Assembly (NCBI GenBank): GCA_964057225.1
Contig: OZ059900.1
Span: 22,630,001-22,694,000, forward strand
DNA from: Auanema rhodensis
Lineage: Eukaryota; Animalia; Nematoda
Reading direction: 5' to 3'
DNA length: 64,000 nt
Shown: one piece after another, positions 51,799 to 64,000 of the stretch
Layout of the letters: every line of letters begins with the position of its first letter
Numbering within the stretch: position 1 is the first letter of the stretch
Translations under genes and position numbers: made by a program
The notes under the pieces: generated by a model
Told to the model about the DNA's origin: nothing
The model's database searches: none
What the model saw: the letters and a program-made list of their open reading frames with translations, nothing else

Positions 51799-54790
51799 TA
51801 TATCAAGCTTCATCAACACGGACTGTTTGTGCAATAGATGATAGCAATGATAATTTCGTTTCTTTTTTTAATTAACTTTCCAGTACGCGAGTTATCATAT
51901 TTAGAACGCGATTGCTTCATAATGAAAAATGTTTAGAGCCTGCACTGATAATATAACTGGCAACAGGCAATACGGAAACATTTGAATGACAGCTTTATTA
52001 CAATACGACTTAGTTTACTCAATCATATCAAGCTTCATGAACACGGACTGTTTGTGTAATAGATAATAGCAATAATAGTTTCGTTTCTGTTTTCAAATAA
52101 CTTTCCAGTACGCGAGTTATTATATTTAGAACGTGATTCCTTCATAATGAAAAATTTTTAGAGCCTGCACTGATAATATAACTGGAAACAGGCAGTACGC
52201 GATACGCAAATATTTGAATGACAGCTTTAATACAATACGACTTAGCTTACTCAATCATATCAAGCTTCATGAACAGGGACTGCTTGTGTAATAGATGATA
52301 GCAATGATAGTTTCGTTTCTTTTTTTAATTAACTTTCCAGTACGCGAGTTATCATATTTAGAACGCGATTGCTTCATAATGAAAAATGTTTAGAGCCTGC
52401 ACTGATAATATAACTGGCAACAGGCAATACGGAAACATTTGAATGACAGCTTTATTACAATACGACTTAGTTTACTCAATCATATCAAGCTTCATGAACA
52501 CGGACTGTTTGTGCAATAGATGATAGCAATGATAGTTTCGTTTCTTTTTTTAACTAACTTTCCAGTACGCGAGTTATAATATTTAGAACGCGATTCCTTG
52601 ATAATGAAAAACTTTCAGAGCCTGCACTGATAATATAACTGGAAACAGGCAATACTAAAACATTTGAATGACAGCTTTATTACAATAGGACTTAGTTTAC
52701 TCAATCATACCAATCTTCATGAACACGGACTGCTTGTGTAATATATAATAGCAATAATAGTTTCGTTTCTGTTTTTAATTAACTTTCCTGTACGCGAGTT
52801 ATAATATTTAGAACGTGATTCTTTGATTATAAAAAACTTTCAGAGCCTGCACTGATAATATAACTGGCAACAGGCAATACGCAAACATTTGAATGACAGC
52901 TTTATTACAATACGACTTAGTTTACTCAATCATATCAAGCTTCATGAACACGGACTGTTTGTGCAATAGATGATAGCAATGATAGTTTCGTTTCTTTTTT
53001 TAACTAACTTTCCAGTACGCGAGTTATAATATTTAGAACGCGATTCCTTGATAATGAAAAATTTTTAGAGCCTGCACTGATAATATAACTGGCAACAGGC
53101 AATACGCAAACATTTGAATGACAGCTTTATTACAATACGACTTAGTTTACTCAATCATATCAAGCTTCATGAACACGGACTGTTTGTGCAATAGATGATA
53201 GCAATGATAGTTTCGTTTCTTTTTTTAACTAACTTTCCAGTACGCGAGTTATAATATTTAGAACGCGATTCCTTGATAATGAAAAATTTTTAGAGCCTGC
53301 ACTGATAATATAACTGGCAACAGGAAATACGCAAACATTTGAATGACAGCTTTATTACAATACGACTTAGTTTACTCAATCATATCAAGCTTCATGAACA
53401 CGGACTGTTTGTGCAATAGATGATAGCAATGATAGTTTCGTTTCTTTTTTTAACTAACTTTCCAGTACGCGAGTTATAATATTTAGAACGCGATTCCTTG
53501 ATAATGAAAAACTTTCAGAGCCTGCACTGATAATATAATTGGAAACAGGCAGTACGCAATACGCAAACATTTGAATGACAGCTTTATTATAATACGACTT
53601 AGTTTACTCAATTATATCAAGCTTCATGAACACGGACTGCTTGTGTAATATATAATAGCAATAATAGTTTCGTTTCTGTTTTCAAATAACTTTCCAGTAC
53701 GCGAGTTATTATATTTAGAACGTGATTCCTTCATAATGAAAAATTTTTAGAGCCTGCACTGATAATATAACTGGAAACAGGCAGTACGCGATACGCAAAT
53801 ATTTGAATGACAGCTTTAATACAATACGACTTAGCTTACTCAATCATATCAAGCTTCATGAACAGGGACTGCTTGTGTAATAGATGATAGCAATGATAGT
53901 TTCGTTTCTTTTTTTAATTAACTTTCCAGTACGCGAGTTATCATATTTAGAACGCGATTGCTTCATAATGAAAAATGTTTAGAGCCTGCACTGATAATAT
54001 AACTGGCAACAGGCAATACGGAAACATTTGAATGACAGCTTTATTACAATACGACTTAGTTTACTCAATCATATCAAGCTTCATGAACACGGACTGTTTG
54101 TGCAATAGATGATAGCAATGATAGTTTCGTTTCTTTTTTTAACTAACTTTCCAGTACGCGAGTTATAATATTTAGAACGCGATTCCTTGATAATGAAAAA
54201 CTTTCAGAGCCTGCACTGATAATATAACTGGAAACAGGCAATACTAAAACATTTGAATGACAGCTTTATTACAATAGGACTTAGTTTACTCAATCATACC
54301 AATCTTCATGAACACGGACTGCTTGTGTAATATATAATAGCAATAATAGTTTCGTTTCTGTTTTTAATTAACTTTCCTGTACGCGAGTTATAATATTTAG
54401 AACGTGATTCTTTGATTATAAAAAACTTTCAGAGCCTGCACTGATAATATAACTGGCAACAGGCAATACGCAAACATTTGAATGACAGCTTTATTACAAT
54501 ACGACTTAGTTTACTCAATCATATCAAGCTTCATGAACACGGACTGTTTGTGCAATAGATGATAGCAATGATAGTTTCGTTTCTTTTTTTAACTAACTTT
54601 CCAGTACGCGAGTTATAATATTTAGAACGCGATTCCTTGATAATGAAAAATTTTTAGAGCCTGCACTGATAATATAACTGGCAACAGGCAATACGCAAAC
54701 ATTTGAATGACAGCTTTATTACAATACGACTTAGTTTACTCAATCATATCAAGCTTCATGAACACGGACTGTTTGTGCAATAGATGATAG
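50640..54790. repeat. Nested 5-mer (1132 bp) and 7-mer (1589 bp) re-duplications
   Basis: ATCAACACGG 50680/51812 and TTCAAATAAC 50960/52092 (1132 bp apart); TTCAAATAAC 52092/53681 (1589 bp apart). Confidence 0.8.
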
Positions 54791-57700
54791 CAATGATAGT
54801 TTCGTTTCTGTTTTTAATTAACTTTCCTGTACGCGAGTTATCATATTTAGAACGCGATTGCTTCATAATGAAAAATGTTTAGAGCCTGCACTGATAATAT
54901 AACTGGCAACAGGCAATACGCAAACATTTGAATGACAGCTTTATTACAATACGACTTAGTTTACTCAATCATACCAATCTTCATGAACACGGACTGTTTG
55001 TGTAATAGATAATAGCAATAATAGTTTCGTTTCTGTTTTTAATTAACTTTCCTGTACGCGAGTTATAATATTTAGAACGTGATTCCTTGATTATGAAAAA
55101 TTTTTAGAGCCTGCACTGATAATATAACTGGAAACAGGCAGTACGCGATACGCAAATATTTGAATGACAGCTTTATTACAATACGACTTAGTTTACTCAA
55201 TTATATCAAGCTTCATGAACACGGACTGCTTGTGTAATATATAATAGCAATAATAGTTTCGTTTCTGTTTTTAATTAACTTTCCTGTACGCGAGTTATCA
55301 TATTTAGAACGCGATTGCTTCATAATGAAAAATGTTTAGAGCCTGCACTGATAATATAACTGGCAACAGGCAATACGCAAACATTTGAATGACAGCTTTA
55401 TTACAATACGACTTAGTTTACTCAATCATATCAAGCTTCATGAACACGGACTGTTTGTGCAATAGATGATAGCAATGATAGTTTCGTTTCTTTTTTTAAT
55501 TAACTTTCCAGTACGCGAGTTATAATATTTAGAACGCGATTCCTTGATAATGAAAAACTTTCAGAGCCTGCACTGATAATATAATTGGAAACAGGCAGTA
55601 CGCAATACGCAAACATTTGAATGACAGCTTTATTACAATACGACTTAGTTTACTCAATTATATCAAGCTTCATGAACACGGACTGCTTGTGTAATATATA
55701 ATAGCAATAATAGTTTCGTTTCTGTTTTTAATTAACTTTCCTGTGCGCGAGTTATCATATTTAGAACGCGATTGCTTCATAATGAAAAATGTTTAGAGCC
55801 TGCACTGATAATATAACTGGCAACAGGCAATACGCAAACATTTGAATGACAGCTTTATTACAATACGACTTAGTTTACTCAATCATATCAAGCTTCATGA
55901 ACACGGACTGTTTGTGCAATAGATGATAGCAATGATAATTTCGTTTCTGTTTTTAATTAACTTTCCTGTACGCGAGTTATAATATTTAGAACGTGATTCC
56001 TTGATTATGAAAAACTTTCAGAGCCTGCACTGATAATATAATTGGAAACAGGCAGTACGCAATACGCAAACATTTGAATGACAGCTTTATTACAATACGA
56101 CTTAGTTTACTCAATTATATCAAGCTTCATGAACACGGACTGCTTGTGTAATATATAATAGCAATAATAGTTTCGTTTCTGTTTTTAATTAACTTTCCAG
56201 TACGCGAGGTATAATATTTAGAACGCGATTCCTTGATAATGAAAAACTTTCAGAGCCTGCACTGATAATATAATTGGAAACAGGCAGTACGCAATACGCA
56301 AATATTTGAATGACAGCTTTATTACAATACGACTTAGTTTACTCAATTATATCAAGTTTCATGAACACGGACTGCTTGTGTAATATATAATAGCAATAAT
56401 AGTTTCGTTTCTGTTTTTAATTAACTTTCCTGTACGCGAGTTATAATATTTAGAACGTGATTCCTTGATTATGAAAAACTTTCAGAGCCTGCACTGATAA
56501 TATAACTGGAAACAGGCAGTACGCAATACGCAAACATTTGAATGACAGCTTTATTACAATACGACTCAGTTTACTCAATTATATCAAGCTTCATGAACAC
56601 GGACTGCTTGTGTAATATATAATAGCAATAATAGTTTCGTTTCTGTTTTTAATTAACTTTCCTGTACGCGAGTTATAATATTTAGAACGTGATTCCTTGA
56701 TTATGAAAAACTTTCAGAGCCTGCACTGATAATATAATTGGAAACAGGCAGTACGCAATACGCAAACATTTGAATGACAGCTTTATTACAATACGACTTA
56801 GTTTACTCAATTATATCAAGCTTCATGAACACGGACTGCTTGTGTAATATATAATAGCAATAATAGTTTCGTTTCTGTTTTTAATTAACTTTCCTGTACG
56901 CGAGTTATCATATTTAGAACGCGATTGCTTCATAATGAAAAATGTTTAGAGCCTGCACTGATAATATAACTGGCAACAGGCAATACGCAAACATTTGAAT
57001 GACAGCTTTATTACAATACGACTTAGTTTACTCAATCATACCAATCTTCATGAACACGGACTGTTTGTGTAATAGATAATAGCAATAATAGTTTCGTTTC
57101 TGTTTTTAATTAACTTTCCTGTACGCGAGTTATAATATTTAGAACGTGATTCCTTGATTATGAAAAATTTTTAGAGCCTGCACTGATAATATAACTGGGA
57201 ACAGGCAGTACGCGATACGCAAATATTTGAATGACAGCTTTATTACAATACGACTTAGTTTACTCAATTATATCAAGCTTCATGAACACGGACTGCTTGT
57301 GTAATATATAATAGCAATAATAGTTTCGTTTCTGTTTTTAATTAACTTTCCTGTACGCGAGTTATAATATTTAGAACGTGATTCCTTGATTATGAAAAAC
57401 TTTCAGAGCCTGCACTGATAATATAATTGGAAACAGGCAGTACGCAATACGCAAACATTTGAATGACAGCTTTATTACAATACGACTTAGTTTACTCAAT
57501 TATATCAAGCTTCATGAACACGGACTGCTTGTGTAATATATAATAGCAATAATAGTTTCGTTTCTGTTTTTAATTAACTTTCCTGTACGCAAGTTATAAT
57601 ATTTAGAACGTGATTCCTTGATTATGAAAAACTTTCAGAGCCTGCACTGATAATATAATTGGAAACAGGCAGTACGCAATACGCAAACATTTGAATGACA

Positions 57701-60700
57701 GCTTTATTACAATACGACTCAGTTTACTCAATTATATCAAGCTTCATGAACACGGACTGCTTGTGTAATATATAATAGCAATAATAGTTTCGTTTCTGTT
57801 TTTAATTAACTTTCCTGCACGCGAGTTATAATATTTAGAACGTGATTCCTTGATTATGAAAAACTTTCAGAGCCTGCACTGATAATATAATTGGAAACAG
57901 GCAGTACGCAATACGCAAACATTTGAATGACAGCTTTATTACAATACGACTTAGTTTACTCAATTATATCAAGCTTCATGAACACGGACTGCTTGTGTAA
58001 TATATAATAGCAATAATAGTTTCGTTTCTGTTTTTAATTAACTTTCCTGTACGCGAGTTATAATATTTAGAACGTGATTCCTTGATTATGAAAAACTTTC
58101 AGAGCCTGCACTGATAATATAACTGGAAACAGGCAGTACGCAATACGCAAACATTTGAATGACAGCTTTATTACAATACGACTCAGTTTACTCAATTATA
58201 TCAAGCTTCATGAACACGGACTGCTTGTGTAATAGATAATAGCAATAATAGTTTCGTTTCTGTTTTTAATTAACTTTCCTGTACGCGAGTTATAAAATTT
58301 AGAACGTGATTCCTTGATTATGAAAAATTTTTAGAGCCTGCACTGATAATATAACTGGAAACAGGCAGTACGCGATACGCAAATATTTGAATGACAGCTT
58401 TATTACAATACGACTTAGTTTACTCAATTATATCAAGCTTCATGAACACGGACTGCTTGTGTAATATATAATAGCAATAATAGTTTCGTTTCTGTTTTTA
58501 ATTAACTTTCCTGTACGCGAGTTATAATATTTAGAACGTGATTCCTTGATTATGAAAAACTTTCAGAGCCTGCACTGATAATATAATTGGAAACAGGCAG
58601 TACGCAATACGCAAACATTTGAATGACAGCTTTATTACAATACGACTTAGTTTACTCAATTATATCAAGCTTCATGAACACGGACTGCTTGTGTAATATA
58701 TAATAGCAATAATAGTTTCGTTTCTGTTTTTAATTAACTTTCCTGTACGCGAGTTATAATATTTAGAACGTGATTCCTTGATTATGAAAAACTTTCAGAG
58801 CCTGCACTGATAATATAATTGGAAACAGGCAGTACGCAAACATTTGAATGACAGCTTTATTACAATACGACTTAGTTTACTCAATCATATCAAGCTTCAT
58901 GAACACGGACTGCTTGTGTAATATATAATAGCAATAATAGTTTCGTTTCTGTTTTTAATTAACTTTCCTGTACGCGAGTTATAATATTTAGAACGTGATT
59001 CCTTGATTATGAAAAACTTTCAGAGCCTGCACTGATAATATAATTGGAAACAGGCAGTACGCAAACATTTGAATGACAGCTTTATTACAATACGACTTAG
59101 TTTACTCAATTATATCAAGCTTCATGAACACGGACTGCTTGTGTAATATATAATAGCAATAATAGTTTCGTTTCTGTTTTTAATTAACTTTCCTGTACGC
59201 GAGTTATAATATTTAGAACGTGATTCCTTGATTATGAAAAACTTTCAGAGCCTGCACTGATAATATAATTGGAAACAGGCAGTACGCAATACGCAAACAT
59301 TTGAATGACAGCTTTAATACAATACGACTTAGTTTACTCAATTATATCAAGCTTCATGAACACGGACTGCTTGTGTAATATATAATAGCAATAATAGTTT
59401 CGTTTCTGTTTTTAATTAACTTTCCTGTACGCGAGTTATAATATTTAGAACGTGATTCCTTGATTATGAAAAACTTTCAGAGCCTGCACTGATAATATAA
59501 TTGGAAACAGGCAGTACGCAATACGCAAACATTTGAATGACAGCTTTAATACAATACGACTTAGCTTACTCAATCATATCAAGCTTCATGAACAGGGACT
59601 GTTTGTGTAATAGATGATAGCAATGATAGTTTCGTTTCTGTTTTTAATTAACTTTCCTGTACGCGAGTTATAATATTTAGAACGTGATTCCTTGATTATG
59701 AAAAACTTTCAGAGCCTGCACTGATAATATAATTGGAAACAGGCAGTACGCAATACGCAAACATTTGAATGACAGCTTTAATACAATACGACTTAGCTTA
59801 CTCAATCATATCAAGCTTCATGAACAGGGACTGTTTGTGTAATAGATGATAGCAATGATAGTTTCGTTTCTTTTTTTAATTAACTTTCCAGTACGCGAGT
59901 TATCATATTTAGAACGCGATTGCTTCATAATGAAAAATGTTTAGAGCCTGCACTGATAATATAACTGGAAACAGGCAGTACGCGATACGCAAATATTTGA
60001 ATGACAGCTTTATTACAATACGACTTAGTTTACTCAATTATATCAAGCTTCATGAACACGGACTGCTTGTGTAATATATAATAGCAATAATAGTTTCGTT
60101 TCTGTTTTTAATTAACTTTCCTGTACGCGAGTTATAATATTTAGAACGTGATTCCTTGATTATGAAAAACTTTCAGAGCCTGCACTGATAATATAATTGG
60201 AAACAGGCAGTACGCAATACGCAAACATTTGAATGACAGCTTTAATACAATACGACTTAGCTTACTCAATCATATCAAGCTTCATGAACAGGGACTGTTT
60301 GTGTAATAGATGATAGCAATGATAGTTTTGTTTCTTTTTTTAATTAACTTTCCAGTACGCGAGTTATCATATTTAGAAAGCGATTGCTTCATAATGAAAA
60401 ATATTTAGAGCCTGCACTGATAATATAACTGGCAACAGGCAATACGCAAACATTTGAATGACAGCTTTATTACAATACGACTTAGTTTACTCAATCATAC
60501 CAATCTTCATGAACACGGACTGTTTGTGTAATAGATAATAGCAATAATAGTTTCGTTTCTGTTTTTAATTAACTTTCCTGTACGCGAGTTATAATATTTA
60601 GAACGTGATTCCTTGATTATGAAAAATTTTTAGAGCCTGCACTGATAATATAACTGGAAACAGGCAGTACGCGATACGCAAATATTTGAATTACAGCTTT

Positions 60701-60739
60701 AATACAATACGACTTAGCTTACTCAATCATATCAAGCTT

Positions 60740-63700
60740 CATGAACACGGACTGCTTGTGTAATATATAATAGCAATAATAGTTTCGTTTCTGTTTTTAA
60801 TTAACTTTCCTGTACGCGAGTTGTAATATTTAGAACGTGATTCCTTGATTATGAAAAACTTTCAGAGCCTGCACTGATAATATAATTGGAAACAGGCAGT
60901 ACGCAATACGCAAACATTTGAATGACAGCTTTAATACAATACGACTTAGCTTACTCAATCATATCAAGCTTCATGAACAGGGACTGTTTGTGTAATAGAT
61001 GATAGCAATGATAGTTTTGTTTCTTTTTTTAATTAACTTTCCAGTACGCGAGTTATCATATTTAGAAAGCGATTGCTTCATAATGAAAAATATTTAGAGC
61101 CTGCACTGATAATATAACTGGCAACAGGCAATACGCAAACATTTGAATGACAGCTTTATTACAATACGACTTAGTTTACTCAATCATACCAATCTTCATG
61201 AACACGGACTGTTTGTGTAATAGATAATAGCAATAATAGTTTCGTTTCTGTTTTTAATTAACTTTCCTGTACGCGAGTTATAATATTTAGAACGTGATTC
61301 CTTGATTATGAAAAATTTTTAGAGCCTGCACTGATAATATAACTGGAAACAGGCAGTACGCGATACGCAAATATTTGAATTACAGCTTTAATACAATACG
61401 ACTTAGCTTACTCAATCATATCAAGCTTCATGAACAGGGACTGTTTGTGTAATAGATGATAGCAATGATAGTTTCGTTTTTTTTTTTAATTAACTTTCCA
61501 GTACGCGAGTTATAATATTTAGAACGTGATTTCTTGATTATGAAAAATTTTTAGAGCCTGCACTGATAATATAACTGGAAACAGGCAGTACGCGATACGC
61601 AAATATTTGAATGACAGCTTTAATACAATACGACTTAGCTTACTCAATCATATCAAGCTTCATGAACAGGGACTGTTTGTGTAATAGATGATAGCAATGA
61701 TAGTTTCGTTTCTTTTTTTAAGTAACTTTCCTGTACGCGAGTTATAATATTTAGAACGTGATTCCTTGATTATAAAAACTTTCAGAGCCTGCACTGATAA
61801 TATAATTGGAAACAGGCAGTACGCAATACGCAAACATTTGAATGACAGCTTTATTACAATACGACTTAGTTTACTCAATCATATCAAGCTTCATGAACAC
61901 GGACTGTTTGTGCAATAGATGATAGCAATGATAGTTTCGTTTCTTTTTTTAATTAACTTTCCAGTACGCGAGGTATAATATTTAGAACGCGATTCCTTGA
62001 TAATGAAAAACTTTCAGAGCCTGCACTGATAATATAACTGGCAACAGGCAATACGCAAACATTTGAATGACAGCTTTATTACAATACGACTTAGTTTACT
62101 CAATCATACCAATCTTCATGAACACGGACTGTTTGTGTAATAGATAATAGCAATAATAGTTTCGTTTCTGTTTTTAATTAACTTTCCTGTACGCGAGTTA
62201 TAATATTTAGAACGTGATTCCTTGATTATGAAAAATTTTTAGAGCCTGCACTGATAATATAACTGGAAACAGACAGTACGCGATACGCAAATATTTGAAT
62301 GACTGCTTTATTACAATACGACTTAGTTTACTCAATTATATCAAGCTTCATGAACACGGACTGCTTGTGTAATATATAATAGCAATAATAGTTTCGTTTC
62401 TGTTTTTAATTATCTTTCCTGTACGCGAGTTATAATATTTAGAACGTGATTCTTTGATTATGAAAAATTTTTAGAGCCTGCACTGATAATATAACTGGAA
62501 ACAGGCAGTACGCGATACGCAAATATTTGAATGACTGCTTTATTACAATACGACTTAGCTTACTCAATCATATCAAGCTTCATGAACAGGGACTGTTTGT
62601 GTAATAGATGATAGCAATGATAGTTTCGTTTCTTTTTTTAATTAACTTTCCAGTACGCGAGTTATCATATTTAGAACGCGATTGCTTCATAATGAAAAAT
62701 GTTTAGAGCCTGCACTGATAATATAACTGGAAACAGGCAGTACGCGATACGCAAATATTTGAATGACAGCTTTATTACAATACGACTTAGTTTACTCAAT
62801 TATATCAAGCTTCATGAACACGGACTGCTTGTGTAATATATAATAGCAATAATAGTTTCGTTTCTGTTTTTAATTAACTTTCCTGTACGCGAGTTATAAT
62901 ATTTAGAACGTGATTCCTTGATTATGAAAAACTTTCAGAGCCTGCACTGATAATATAATTGGAAACAGGCAGTACGCAATACGCAAACATTTGAATGACA
63001 GCTTTATTACAATACGACTTAGTTTACTCAATTATATCAAGCTTCATGAACACGGACTGCTTGTGTAATATATAATAGCAATAATAGTTTCGTTTCTGTT
63101 TTTAATTAACTTTCCTGTACGCGAGTTGTAATATTTAGAACGTGATTCCTTGATTATGAAAAACTTTCAGAGCCTGCACTGATAATATAATTGGAAACAG
63201 GCAGTACGCAATACGCAAACATTTGAATGACAGCTTTAATACAATACGACTTAGCTTACTCAATCATATCAAGCTTCATGAACAGGGACTGTTTGTGTAA
63301 TAGATGATAGCAATGATAGTTTTGTTTCTTTTTTTAATTAACTTTCCAGTACGCGAGTTATCATATTTAGAAAGCGATTGCTTCATAATGAAAAATATTT
63401 AGAGCCTGCACTGATAATATAACTGGCAACAGGCAATACGCAAACATTTGAATGACAGCTTTATTACAATACGACTTAGTTTACTCAATCATACCAATCT
63501 TCATGAACACGGACTGTTTGTGTAATAGATAATAGCAATAATAGTTTCGTTTCTGTTTTTAATTAACTTTCCTGTACGCGAGTTATAATATTTAGAACGT
63601 GATTCCTTGATTATGAAAAATTTTTAGAGCCTGCACTGATAATATAACTGGAAACAGGCAGTACGCGATACGCAAATATTTGAATTACAGCTTTAATACA

Positions 63701-64000
63701 ATACGACTTAGCTTACTCAATCATATCAAGCTTCATGAACAGGGACTGTTTGTGTAATAGATGATAGCAATGATAGTTTCGTTTTTTTTTTAAATTAACT
63801 TTCCAGTACGCGAGTTATAATATTTAGAACGTGATTTCTTGATTATGAAAAATTTTTAGAGCCTGCACTGATAATATAACTGGAAACAGGCAGTACGCGA
63901 TACGCAAATATTTGAATGACAGCTTTAATACAATACGACTTAGCTTACTCAATCATATCAAGCTTCATGAACAGGGACTGTTTGTGTAATAGATGATAGC
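60740..64000. repeat. 10-monomer duplication (2305 bp) running off the window end
   Basis: TTGTAATATT 60821/63126, with GAAAGCG, GAATTACAGC and GATTTCTTG markers recurring at about the same spacing. Confidence 0.82.

Larger units (their letters stand above)
10171..64000. repeat. Satellite array B: 232-bp tandem monomer with 225-bp variants, about 230-235 copies in a single orientation
   Basis: AATACGACTTAGTTTACTC at 10171, 10403 (232), 10628 (225), continuing without interruption to the window end. 74/232 G+C in copy 1. Most monomers carry HindIII AAGCTT, TTCATGAA and TTAATTAA sites. Confidence 0.99.

Noticed and set aside
61660-61878. Near-identical second 72-aa ORF
   Set aside because: It is the same variant monomer copied in the 47.8-kb-spaced block. 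The similarity reflects DNA duplication, not coding constraint.
10171-64000. CRISPR-like or cassette (integron-type) array
   Set aside because: There are no unique spacers or cargo; entire units are repeated and no cas or integrase genes are present.
1-64000. Tandem RNA gene arrays (5S rRNA, tRNA, snRNA, spliced leader) or transposon insertions
   Set aside because: I recognised no such gene sequence, cloverleaf or terminal repeat on either strand, and the periodicity is never interrupted. An Rfam/Dfam search would be the formal test.

Overview
The window contains no genes. It is pure AT-rich tandem satellite DNA, most likely eukaryotic heterochromatin (possibly centromeric or pericentromeric, which is inference), in two unrelated arrays joined by an exact 200-N scaffold gap. 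Array A (1-9970) has 29 full head-to-tail copies plus a 59-bp partial copy of a 342-bp monomer (341 bp when a T7 run is T6; first copy about 34% GC). It is nearly homogeneous, shows an emerging 5-mer higher-order repeat (1708 bp), and each monomer is densely packed with inverted repeats. Array B (10171-64000) has roughly 230-235 copies of a 232-bp monomer with 225-bp length variants (about 32% GC), all in one orientation, with no insertion or inversion seen. Shared diagnostic variants show a patchwork of local block duplications (9-, 10-, 12-, 16-, 20-mer spacings), a diverged core rich in 225-bp monomers, and a collinear haplotype block repeated about 47.8 kb apart. All four ORFs in the track are artefacts. 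The most speculative observation is a degenerate hammerhead-ribozyme-like arrangement overlapping the most conserved block of monomer B; it deviates from the catalytic consensus and is unproven. I cannot identify the species or satellite families, and I see no firm evidence of a novel gene system. All counts were made by eye.
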